64,000 nucleotides of DNA from a virus (taxonomy: Duplodnaviria; Caudoviricetes), in the IMG/VR virus record IMGVR_UViG_2862173500_000001, positions 1,235 through 65,234 of that record; one strand, given 5' to 3'. The notes below the pieces were generated by a model that made no database searches, had not been told where the DNA came from, and worked only from the letters and a program-made list of their open reading frames with translations. Position numbers and translations under genes: made by a program. Positions 18,580-26,026 of this stretch are shown piece by piece (within the stretch, counting starts at the first letter, position 1; each line of letters starts with the position of its first letter).

Positions 18580-18618
18580 CGCTTGACGTTAGTACCGCTA
18601 TGCGTTAGTATTGGTGAC
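18576..18618 (+). promoter_or_regulatory. higBA promoter (TTGACG-17-TAGTAT, leaderless) with an operator-like palindrome
   Basis: -35 at 18583-18588, -10 at 18606-18611, ATG 7 nt later. CTAACG-N5-CGTTAG overlaps the -35, and a degenerate second copy follows. Confidence 0.75.
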
Positions 18619-18900
18619 ATGATCCGGTCATTCAAAGACGAAGACACCCGCAAGGTGTGGGGACGAACCTTCGTCAAGAAAATCGGACCAGAACTATCCA
18701 GAGCCGCCTACAAGAAACTGCTACTCATCGACGCCTCAACCGACATCAACGACCTGCGCATCCCACCGGGAAACCGGCTGGAGAAACTGGTCGCCGACCG
18801 TGAGGGGCAGCACAGCATCCGCATCAACGACCAATACCGAATCTGCTTCGTATGGAAGGACAACGGAGCTGACGACGTTGAGATCTGCGACTACCACTGA
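18619..18900 (+). CDS. higB: HigB toxin (RelE/ParE superfamily)
   Basis: MIRSFKD...DLRIPPGNRLEKL..DR.GQHSIRINDQYRICF.W.....DVEI.DYH. Confidence 0.95.
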   Translation: MIRSFKDEDTRKVWGRTFVKKIGPELSRAAYKKLLLIDASTDINDLRIPPGNRLEKLVADREGQHSIRINDQYRICFVWKDNGADDVEICDYH

Positions 18901-18928
18901 ACACACTTCTAGTACTTAAGGACGACTG

Positions 18929-19216
18929 ATGTCCGGTTTCACACCCATCCACCCAGGGGAGATCCTGGCGACCGAGTTCCTAGACCCCCTCGGTATCACC
19001 CCATACGCTCTAGCCAAGGCCATGCGTGTCCCGCAGACCCGCATCGGTGAGATCCTCAAGGGCCGCCGCGCCGTCACTGTTGAGACCGCGCTACGGCTAT
19101 CCCGCGCCCTGGGTACCTCGGAGATGTTCTGGGTCAACCTGCAGGCCCGCTACGACGCCGAGACCGTCAAGGACGCTGAGCATGACGACCTAGACCGCAT
19201 ACCAGTACTGGCGTAG
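18929..19216 (+). CDS. higA: HigA antitoxin
   Basis: PIHPGEIL..EFL.PLGIT.Y.LAK...G.R.VT.ETALRL..ALGTS..FW.NLQ..YD. Confidence 0.95.
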   Translation: MSGFTPIHPGEILATEFLDPLGITPYALAKAMRVPQTRIGEILKGRRAVTVETALRLSRALGTSEMFWVNLQARYDAETVKDAEHDDLDRIPVLA

Positions 19217-19227
19217 GAGGAATGGAT

Positions 19228-19359
19228 ATGGACGACAAGCCGCAGATCACCGCCAGTGTCATTCGGCAGCTTCAGAAACAGGGCCTCACAGTGCAAGAGA
19301 TCGCCGAATCATGGGACATCCCCGTAGAGGAAGTACTTGGGAAGCTGGGGCAGAATTAG
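19228..19359 (+). CDS. 43-aa HTH micro-protein
   Basis: SD AGGAGG; MDDKPQITASVIRQLQKQGLTVQEIAESWDIPVEEV. Confidence 0.65.
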   Translation: MDDKPQITASVIRQLQKQGLTVQEIAESWDIPVEEVLGKLGQN

Positions 19360-19377
19360 AGACACGCCGCGCCCGAC

Positions 19378-19410
19378 TTGACATCAATGGTGCGCCCTAA
19401 CTGCTAAGCT
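19378..19410 (+). promoter_or_regulatory. Putative promoter (TTGACA; extended -10 TGC-TAAGCT)
   Basis: Intergenic. The -35 to -10 spacing of 21 nt is non-canonical. Confidence 0.45.
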
Positions 19411-19448
19411 GACGCCAAGCGCTTTCTATGCGTCAGTTCATACTTCCC

Positions 19449-19484
19449 AAACCCCCGACCGTTCATTTCGGCCGGGGGTTTTTC
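19449..19484 (+). terminator. Intrinsic terminator
   Basis: AAACCCCCGACCG-loop-CGGCCGGGGGTTT followed by a T tract. Confidence 0.8.
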
Positions 19485-19507
19485 TATGCCCAGACGGAGG
19501 TTCTCCA

Positions 19508-19663
19508 ATGCCTGCGTCCCGTGTCCGCTGCTGCATCCCCTGTGGGCGTATCCGCTACGCCCCCTGCTCTCCTGGGTGTCGAGTAGATCCCGAGAACGAC
19601 CCAACAAGCTGGACAGAACAGGTGCCGCCGAGCGGTCCTCAAGATTCAACGGTTAGCGGCTGA
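19508..19663 (+). CDS. Small Cys-rich protein
   Basis: SD GGAGG; MPASRVRCCIPCGRIRYAPCSPGC. Confidence 0.6.
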   Translation: MPASRVRCCIPCGRIRYAPCSPGCRVDPENDPTSWTEQVPPSGPQDSTVSG

Positions 19664-19709
19664 CCGAAAACAGCCGAGTCTGGGCGTGATGCCCGAAAGG
19701 AATGGCGCG

Positions 19710-19970
19710 ATGCCGAAAGAAATGATTGTCCATCCCAATGTCGAGTACGGCCCACTGGGAGAAGACGGATGGCCGGTATGCAAGTCCACGACCGGACCGG
19801 AGATTGAGATCTGTTGGGGTCGGGGCGACAACCCAGAGGTGAGGCTACACACCACCTCCCATGATCCGGGCGGCTTTGACCACCACTTCACCCTGAGTCG
19901 CGAGCATGTCAACGCGATGATCCGCACGCTACGCAAGGCGCGAGACCAAGCTTTTGGCCGCGACGCATAA
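19710..19970 (+). CDS. Hypothetical phage protein
   Basis: MPKE...LSREHVNAMIRTLRKARDQAFGRDA. Confidence 0.75.
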   Translation: MPKEMIVHPNVEYGPLGEDGWPVCKSTTGPEIEICWGRGDNPEVRLHTTSHDPGGFDHHFTLSREHVNAMIRTLRKARDQAFGRDA

Positions 19971-19989
19971 GCCGGACGGAGAAACTTCC

Positions 19990-20271
19990 ATGCTCGATAA
20001 GTTCTGGCCGCTACTAGCCGCCGCTATCGGTAACGCCTTCTTCCGGGTATTGGACAAGAAGATCCCCGACAACATCGCCGACAAACTCATAGACCGCGGT
20101 CTTGAAGTACTCGGTGAGGTAGGGGACCGTGCAGCCGGCACCGTGGAAACCACAGCCGACAGGATCGCCGGTAGCGCGGAAGCTGAACTAGGCCAACTCG
20201 GTACAGAGATCAGGGGAGTGGTCAAAGCGGCCAACCCCATGGACATTCTCGGCAGCTTCTTTAAGCGCTAG
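19990..20271 (+). CDS. Hypothetical phage protein
   Basis: SD GGAG; a diverged copy of its 3' end lies at 20477-20524. Confidence 0.75.
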   Translation: MLDKFWPLLAAAIGNAFFRVLDKKIPDNIADKLIDRGLEVLGEVGDRAAGTVETTADRIAGSAEAELGQLGTEIRGVVKAANPMDILGSFFKR

Positions 20272-20290
20272 AACATCGGAGGAAATCAAC

Positions 20291-20473
20291 ATGGTTAGCC
20301 CAGATCGAGTCGTATCGACCTCCGTGTTAGGCCGTAGCGGCGGATCAACCAAAACCCCGTCACTTGCGGGACATCGCAGTGCAGAAGTCATCTGGCGCGG
20401 CTCCACTTACCACGTCGTCGAGCATGAGCCTGGCGTGTGGAAATCGCAGCACGGCCCAGCCTTCAGTCTCTGA
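20291..20473 (+). CDS. Hypothetical protein (inserted moron)
   Basis: SD GGAGG; flanked by the duplicated gene end. Confidence 0.6.
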   Translation: MVSPDRVVSTSVLGRSGGSTKTPSLAGHRSAEVIWRGSTYHVVEHEPGVWKSQHGPAFSL

Positions 20474-20521
20474 CCCGCGGCCAACCCGCTGGACATCATC
20501 GGCAACCTGTTCAATCGCCGC

Positions 20522-20563
20522 TAGACCCCGCTGTTGTCGGTGTACCGCAGTAAAATTGAGGGC
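20522..20563 (+). repeat. Cassette promoter element, copy 2, with an exact PafBC/RecA-NDp-type motif
   Basis: TAGACCCCGC-TG-TTGTCGGTG-N8-TAAAAT-TGAGGGC-ATG. Confidence 0.85.
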
Positions 20564-20899
20564 ATGAGGCTGGTTAAGAAGCCGGAGTTCGTGACACTTC
20601 CCGCCGGGACACTGTATTGCGAACTGCGTGAGAAGTGGGTGTTCGGCGAGCTTCGCCTTAAGGGTGAAACGATCAGCGAAGACGACTACTGGGTGCGCGA
20701 GCTCGACTGGATTGACGGCGATGACCCTGGTGAGATCTTTGATCGACTGGAGGCGATGGCCTCCGACTCGTCGGTCAGCTTTCCAGCCCCCGAGTCGTAC
20801 AGCCGGGGTGGAAACTTCCGAGACGACACCATGTTCTTGGTTTACGAGCGTGACGACGTGGTCGCACTGATCACGGACCTCATCCTCCCTGCCACCTGA
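20564..20899 (+). CDS. Hypothetical protein
   Basis: MRLVKKPEFVTLPAGTLY; follows element copy 2. Confidence 0.75.
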   Translation: MRLVKKPEFVTLPAGTLYCELREKWVFGELRLKGETISEDDYWVRELDWIDGDDPGEIFDRLEAMASDSSVSFPAPESYSRGGNFRDDTMFLVYERDDVVALITDLILPAT

Positions 20900-20900
20900 C

Positions 20901-20944
20901 TTGCCTCCGCAGATTCCTCGTTCTACTATCGAACACATGTTCGA
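20901..20944 (+). promoter_or_regulatory. Promoter TTGCCT-17-TACTAT with a perfect mycobacterial LexA (SOS) box
   Basis: TCGAAC-ACAT-GTTCGA at 20929-20944 overlaps the -10 and the start codon. Confidence 0.88.
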
Positions 20945-21182
20945 CAAGATGTCCTACCGTATCGAAGGTGATGGACCCGTCACAGCGGTACTCACCTACC
21001 AAAACCGGGAGTACCGGCACACTTCCCGAACTATGTGGCTAGGACACGAAGACGGCATGCCGCAGGGCAGATTGCTGCTGGGGCCGCATCTTTGCGTGAG
21101 CCTTCGCCGCATCAACGGAACGATCGAAGCCACCATCACCAACTCTAGAACCGGCGAAAGCTACACACTCACACCCGAATAG
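20937..21182 (+). CDS. Hypothetical protein, leaderless and predicted to be LexA-repressed
   Basis: The ATG lies inside the SOS box; the stop is the TAG of element copy 3. Confidence 0.75.
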   Translation: MFDKMSYRIEGDGPVTAVLTYQNREYRHTSRTMWLGHEDGMPQGRLLLGPHLCVSLRRINGTIEATITNSRTGESYTLTPE

Positions 21183-21222
21183 ACCCCGCAGATAGTCGGT
21201 GCAGCGCACTAAAATTGAGGGC
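21180..21222 (+). repeat. Cassette promoter element, copy 3
   Basis: TAGACCCCGC-N20-TAAAAT-TGAGGGC-ATG; contains TAGTCGGTG-N8-TAAAAT. Confidence 0.85.
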
Positions 21223-21363
21223 ATGGACATAGAGGCAGAAGTTACATGGCCTACGCATTGCCGCGCCTGCACCCATGAGCAGATGGATCACCGGGCCGCT
21301 TACGGGCCGTGTCAACAAGAGGACTGCGAGTGTAGGCAGTGGTCACATCGTGCGCCTAGGTGA
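21223..21363 (+). CDS. 46-aa Cys/His micro-protein
   Basis: Manual translation: CRACTHEQMDH...C...CEC. Confidence 0.7.
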   Translation: MDIEAEVTWPTHCRACTHEQMDHRAAYGPCQQEDCECRQWSHRAPR

Positions 21364-21413
21364 GTGTGAACCTAAAGCAACTTACAAAACATGCTTAAGG
21401 TTCGTATATGCCC

Positions 21414-21454
21414 TAGACCCCGCGACTTTCGCTGTAGCGGGGGATAATTGAGGG
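21414..21454 (+). repeat. Cassette promoter element, copy 4
   Basis: TAGACCCCGC-N19-GATAAT-TGAGGG-ATG. Confidence 0.85.
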
Positions 21455-21634
21455 ATGAGCGACATATTCCAAGCTGCCGCCGATGCAATGCCGCAGCTAT
21501 CTCATCTCCAATGCATGACATGCGGTCGCCGCCGCCCTGTGGGTGCCGTAGCCGCCAAGCTACGCCACGGCTGGCCCACCTGCTGTGGGTACGCAATGCA
21601 GCTGTTTACCCAGCGTGAGGTTGACGATCAATGA
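21455..21634 (+). CDS. 59-aa zinc-ribbon micro-protein
   Basis: Manual translation: CMTCG...WPTCCGYAM. Confidence 0.7.
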   Translation: MSDIFQAAADAMPQLSHLQCMTCGRRRPVGAVAAKLRHGWPTCCGYAMQLFTQREVDDQ

Positions 21635-21906
21635 CTGAACCATCTCAAGATCTGATCGACAGGGCACGTGAGATCGGCCTATCCTTCGATCCCACCGCTA
21701 CGTCCGATGACGAACTACGCAGCGCTATCGCAACATACGAACGGGTCTACATCGAGGCGATGACCGAGAAGGCTGCAGCGGATACCGATACTCCTACTGA
21801 GCGTCGCAAGATGCTGGGATGCTGGACTCAGCGTGACGAAGAAGAGGCCAAGGAAGCAGCCGCACGGCGACGGATTTTCGGCTCCGGTCGAATTCCACCC
21901 GCTTAG
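21631..21906 (+). CDS. Hypothetical protein
   Basis: ATGA coupled; the stop is the TAG of element copy 5. Confidence 0.7.
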   Translation: MTEPSQDLIDRAREIGLSFDPTATSDDELRSAIATYERVYIEAMTEKAAADTDTPTERRKMLGCWTQRDEEEAKEAAARRRIFGSGRIPPA

Positions 21907-21944
21907 ACCCCGCTGATCCCGTTGAAACGCGGGATAATTGAGGT
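21904..21944 (+). repeat. Cassette promoter element, copy 5
   Basis: TAGACCCCGC-N19-GATAAT-TGAGGT-ATG. Confidence 0.85.
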
Positions 21945-22112
21945 ATGAGCGACGAATTGAGCTTCCTGCTTGAGGCTTCACGGGAAGAGTGGGACGCCTT
22001 CATTGGATGCCCACATACGGGGAAGTCCTACACGGAAGTGGGACGGCTGACCGGTGAGGTGTTCACGCGATGCTGCGACTGTCACACGGCCTTGCTTAAA
22101 CTACACGGCTAG
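21945..22112 (+). CDS. 55-aa Cys micro-protein
   Basis: Manual translation: GCPH...RCCDC. Confidence 0.7.
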   Translation: MSDELSFLLEASREEWDAFIGCPHTGKSYTEVGRLTGEVFTRCCDCHTALLKLHG

Positions 22113-22135
22113 CTGAATCCCTTTGGGAGGCAATC

Positions 22136-22279
22136 ATGCTTGATGGTCAACCACTAGGGGAGTACCCGGAGCTGGAGAGCTTTGAGGGTGGGGCCGCGCC
22201 GCAGTTCCGTATGCACTTGCTGCCGAGCGAGATATATCCACAGATCGTCCCCCCACGTCTCCCGTCATTCTGGGACTAA
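22136..22279 (+). CDS. Hypothetical micro-protein
   Basis: SD GGGAGG; MLDGQPLGEYPELES. Confidence 0.5.
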   Translation: MLDGQPLGEYPELESFEGGAAPQFRMHLLPSEIYPQIVPPRLPSFWD

Positions 22280-22281
22280 CC

Positions 22282-22437
22282 ATGCGCACCCTCACCCAAA
22301 ACCAACGTGACATAGAGGATGCTCTAATCCGGTTACGTTGTGCCCGAAAGGTCGGGGATGATAAGGAAGTGGCAGCACTGGCCACGCGCATCAACGACTT
22401 ACTGAACCGGGAATCTAGGGGCAGAGGTTCCGCTTAG
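22282..22437 (+). CDS. Hypothetical micro-protein
   Basis: MRTLTQNQRDIEDALIRLR. Confidence 0.55.
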   Translation: MRTLTQNQRDIEDALIRLRCARKVGDDKEVAALATRINDLLNRESRGRGSA

Positions 22438-22699
22438 CTGATCGTGCCATCGCCAACAGGTTGGCCGGTGTCGCGTTCGGGTAGTTCCAGTGCGACGCTA
22501 CTTGTTCCGGGGTTTCCCCGTTGTTCAGGTCGTTACACATCCCGTTCCCGGCACTGACCAGGAACGGTCGGGACTGCCACATCACCTGAAACCCCTGGGT
22601 TGATAGTTCATTGAGGTAGGAATCCTCATCAGCTTGCGCCACAGGGGCCAACAAAACGCTTGCCGCGATAGCAGCGGCCACACCCGCGATCTTGATCAT
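22415..22699 (-). CDS. Secreted DUF732 protein (leaderless moron)
   Basis: Signal peptide APVAQAD, YL.EL, C..L..G, LCP; -10 TACTAT 6 nt upstream of the ATG. Confidence 0.85.
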   Translation of the reverse strand: MIKIAGVAAAIAASVLLAPVAQADEDSYLNELSTQGFQVMWQSRPFLVSAGNGMCNDLNNGETPEQVASHWNYPNATPANLLAMARSAKRNLCP

Positions 22700-22865
22700 C
22701 AGCGGATAGTAGACCTCCACCTACCGGATTGGAAGAGTAAGTGCCTAAGGGTAATCCCGAGACGATGGGTGAGGTAGCCATTCTCGTAGAGAAGTTGGGC
22801 AGCTACCGCTACGTCGGGACTAACGGACAGATTTGGCATTTGACGTACCTGGGCGAGGTGCAACT

Positions 22866-22943
22866 GTGAGCGTCCAACACTGTGAGTACTGCGGCCGACG
22901 ACTCCGCTACGACTCCTGCCCCCACTGTGATGTGGAGGACTAG
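22866..22943 (+). CDS. 25-aa zinc-ribbon peptide coupled to the glycosyltransferase operon
   Basis: VSVQHCEYCGRRLRYDSCPHCDVED; its TAG overlaps the GTG of the next gene. Confidence 0.5.
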   Translation: MSVQHCEYCGRRLRYDSCPHCDVED

Positions 22944-23875
22944 TGCGCATCACCTTCCTTGGCAACCACACCGTTTCGTATAGCTCAGAGTCGCATCACT
23001 GCAAGTCTTTGGAATCGTTGGGGCACGAGGTTGTTCGACTTCAAGAGGGCCAATCCTCGGGTGAGCAGGTACTCGCCGAAGCTCAAGACTCGGACATGCT
23101 GGTGGTGGTCCACACCCACGGCTGGCGCACCCCCGGTTTGGAACTTTCCGAAGTCCTCAACCGGCTGGACATACCCACCGTCACCTACCATCTAGACCTC
23201 TGGTTCGGCCTGCAGCGCCAAAACGACCTAGACGCAGACCCGTTCTACCGCAGCATCGGACACTTCTTCACCGTCGATAAACTGATGGCCGACTGGTTCA
23301 ACCAAAACACGAACGTCAAAGGGCACTTCCTGCCAGCCGGCGTCTACGACCAAGAGTGCTACATCAGCACCGAACCGTCCGAGCATGCCAATGACGTGAT
23401 CTTCGTGGGGTCGAAGCGCTACCACCCCGAGTGGCCGTGGCGCCCACAACTCATCGACTGGCTGCGAGGCCGATACGGCTCCCGATTCACGCACATCGGG
23501 GGAGACGGCGACACTGGAACGATCCGAGGCGACCAACTGAACCGCGCCTACGCGAACAGTAAAGTCGCAGTGGGGGACACGCTGTGCCTCGGTTTCAACT
23601 ACCCGCACTACGCATCTGATCGCATATTCGAGGCTAGCGGACGTGGGGGCGCACAGATCTTCCCGAGTATCGCTGGGCTAGATGACTGGTTCACTGATGG
23701 TGAGCACCTGCGCTACTTCATCTTCGGTGACTTCGACGGCCTTCAGGCCCAGATCGATTGGATGCTCGACAACCCCGACGAGCGTGAGCGGATCCGTCGC
23801 GCCGGACATGAGCACGTCAAGGCGAATCACACATACAAGCATCGCTGGCAGACCATTCTGGAGACCGTGTGCTGA
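22943..23875 (+). CDS. Glycosyltransferase, GT-B fold, CgeB-like
   Basis: DVIFVGS, SDRIFEA.G.G, F.DGEHL, ERERIRRAGHEHV...HTY.HR. Confidence 0.9.
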   Translation: MRITFLGNHTVSYSSESHHCKSLESLGHEVVRLQEGQSSGEQVLAEAQDSDMLVVVHTHGWRTPGLELSEVLNRLDIPTVTYHLDLWFGLQRQNDLDADPFYRSIGHFFTVDKLMADWFNQNTNVKGHFLPAGVYDQECYISTEPSEHANDVIFVGSKRYHPEWPWRPQLIDWLRGRYGSRFTHIGGDGDTGTIRGDQLNRAYANSKVAVGDTLCLGFNYPHYASDRIFEASGRGGAQIFPSIAGLDDWFTDGEHLRYFIFGDFDGLQAQIDWMLDNPDERERIRRAGHEHVKANHTYKHRWQTILETVC

Positions 23876-24438
23876 GCGAACGCGACCACTGGCTGTCGAT
23901 CACCGACGAACCTCAGTGGCAGCGCAACCACATCGCCGACCCGAACATCAGCCTCAAGGAAACCCTTGAGGCCATCACCAATCCGTTCCCCGAATCCCCG
24001 AAAAGGATCCTGGAGATCGGTTGTGGATACGGCAGACTCACCCGTGAGATCGGCCGCCGATACATTGAGGCACAGGTGTTCGGCCAGGACATCAGCACAT
24101 CGGTACTGGACGCGGCAAGTGAGTATGACCCTGGAACATCGTTCTTCACCGGCTCGCTTTATAGCCTGAGTGGTATCGACGCCGTGTACTCGGTGGCCGT
24201 TTTCCAGCATCTACCCGACACCGACAAGCGCAGGTACATCGTGGAGGCCGCAGGGGTTATGAACCTTGGCGGGGTGCTGCGCGTCCAGTTCATCGAGGGC
24301 GACCGCGACAACTTCAACGACCACTGGGTAGACGCCGAGCAGATGGTGTCCTGGTGTGACGAAGCTGGTTTCACCAACATCCAATTGGATCGAGGGCTGG
24401 CCCACCCGCAGTGGACCTGGCTTACGGCGGTCAAATGA
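23869..24438 (+). CDS. Class I SAM-dependent methyltransferase
   Basis: ILEIGCGYGR, DIS..VL, D.VYSVAVFQHL, GGVL. Confidence 0.92.
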   Translation: MLSERDHWLSITDEPQWQRNHIADPNISLKETLEAITNPFPESPKRILEIGCGYGRLTREIGRRYIEAQVFGQDISTSVLDAASEYDPGTSFFTGSLYSLSGIDAVYSVAVFQHLPDTDKRRYIVEAAGVMNLGGVLRVQFIEGDRDNFNDHWVDAEQMVSWCDEAGFTNIQLDRGLAHPQWTWLTAVK

Positions 24439-25298
24439 TCCACGTTGGACGCCTAGCGCCAGGTAACCAGTGGGATCAAAATATGCTGGACCGCCTACTT
24501 GGGAATGAGCTGTACCCAACGGGGTTGGAGTTCAAAACCGTTTTCGGATACCCGGTTTCCGATGGGTGTGTTCTGATAATCCCAGGCCGCTACTGGGCTG
24601 AGCACGCCGGTAAGATCACCGAAGCCATCGGGCTGTACCGGTGGGTGCTTGCCATGAGAACTTCCGATGAGGAAGACCTCTTCGATGTCAAGCAGGTTGA
24701 GCACCCCAACATTCGGTGGTGGGTCCAAACCCCCAGAACCGACAGGGAATACAACGCCCGACTAATCGGGCTGGGATACCCGCCGCACTTCAATGCGATG
24801 GAATCGGTTGTGCCAGGCAAGGCATGGGCGGACGTGTTCCTCTCCGCACAGAAGACCCACCAGCGCCGCGTAGAAGCCTTTGATGCGACGAAGGGCATCA
24901 CGGGACCGCTGGTTTTCGCGCGTGCCACAGAAGGATTCACCAAAGGCATGACCGAAGAGGACTACACCGGGTGCATGACCGGCGCCAAGATCGCCCCAGC
25001 ACCATCGGGTGCGGTCAGTCCGGACAGTTTCCGGCTCTATGAGGCACTGGAAGCGCACTGCGTGCCGATCGCCGATGATGTGAGCCCGGCCTATAACTCG
25101 CAAGGGTATTGGCGCCGGATGTTCCCGGACGCACCATTCCCTATCCTCACGGACTATCAAGACCTACCCAGGCTGGTGGATGAGGCGCTGGGGGATTGGC
25201 CGCAGAACGCCAACCGCATCACGGCATGGTGGATGGGTTACAAGAGGCAGATGTCCAAGTGGCTTCGCGAGGATCTACAGGCTTTGGGGGCGTTGTGA
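24435..25298 (+). CDS. Exostosin/GT47-like glycosyltransferase
   Basis: Y...M..AKIAPAPSG....DSFRLYEALEA.CVPI matches the exostosin C-terminal signature. Confidence 0.7.
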   Translation: MIHVGRLAPGNQWDQNMLDRLLGNELYPTGLEFKTVFGYPVSDGCVLIIPGRYWAEHAGKITEAIGLYRWVLAMRTSDEEDLFDVKQVEHPNIRWWVQTPRTDREYNARLIGLGYPPHFNAMESVVPGKAWADVFLSAQKTHQRRVEAFDATKGITGPLVFARATEGFTKGMTEEDYTGCMTGAKIAPAPSGAVSPDSFRLYEALEAHCVPIADDVSPAYNSQGYWRRMFPDAPFPILTDYQDLPRLVDEALGDWPQNANRITAWWMGYKRQMSKWLREDLQALGAL

Positions 25299-26026
25299 TC
25301 ACAGTCGTTATCCCCTGTAGCCCGATACCAAGCCACCCTGATACTGAGATACTTGAGCAGACCGCCGAGTCGGTGCGCTTCCACCTGCCCGAGTCTGAGA
25401 TTGTCCTGACGTTCGACGGCGTGCGGCCCCAGCAAGAGGACCGCCGCAGCGACTATGAAGAGTTCATCCGCCGCGCACTGTGGCTGGCGGATCACAAGTG
25501 GGGCAACGTCCTACCCCTGATTTTCGACGAGCATCTACACCAAACCGGCATGATGCGGGCAGCACTCCCGCACATCAATACCCCGCTGGTGATGTACGTC
25601 GAATCCGACACCCCCGTGGTGACGGATGAACCGATCCACTGGGCCAGCGTCACCCACAACCTCACGGACGGGACGGCGAACCTGGTCCGCTTCCATCACG
25701 AAGCCCACATCCCCGCCGAGCATAAGCACATGATGCACGGCGAAGTACTCGGACTGACCCGCACATCACAATGGTCACAACGACCCCATGTGGCGAGAAC
25801 CGATTACTACCAACGCATCATGGGGGCTCACTTCACCCCAGGGGCGAAGTCGTTCATCGAGGACAAGATGCACGGGGTGTGCTCAGAAGCTTTCATCCTG
25901 CGCGGCATGGACGGATGGGCTGAACACAAGCTGTGCATCTACACCCCCGAGGGCAACATCAAGCGCTCGTATCATCTAGATGGACGCGCTGGTGGGGCTA
26001 AGTTCGAAGAGAAGCAGGTCTTCTAG
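25295..26026 (+). CDS. Glycosyltransferase, GT-A (GT2-like)
   Basis: ITVVIP, IVLTFDG, TPLVMYVESD, HLDGR. Confidence 0.7.
   Translation: MITVVIPCSPIPSHPDTEILEQTAESVRFHLPESEIVLTFDGVRPQQEDRRSDYEEFIRRALWLADHKWGNVLPLIFDEHLHQTGMMRAALPHINTPLVMYVESDTPVVTDEPIHWASVTHNLTDGTANLVRFHHEAHIPAEHKHMMHGEVLGLTRTSQWSQRPHVARTDYYQRIMGAHFTPGAKSFIEDKMHGVCSEAFILRGMDGWAEHKLCIYTPEGNIKRSYHLDGRAGGAKFEEKQVF

Noticed and set aside
20522-21944. Clustered TAGACCCCGC elements as a CRISPR array or classical integron attC sites
   Set aside because: The spacers are whole genes of variable length. There are no cas genes, no attC-like inverted core sites and no integron integrase in the window.
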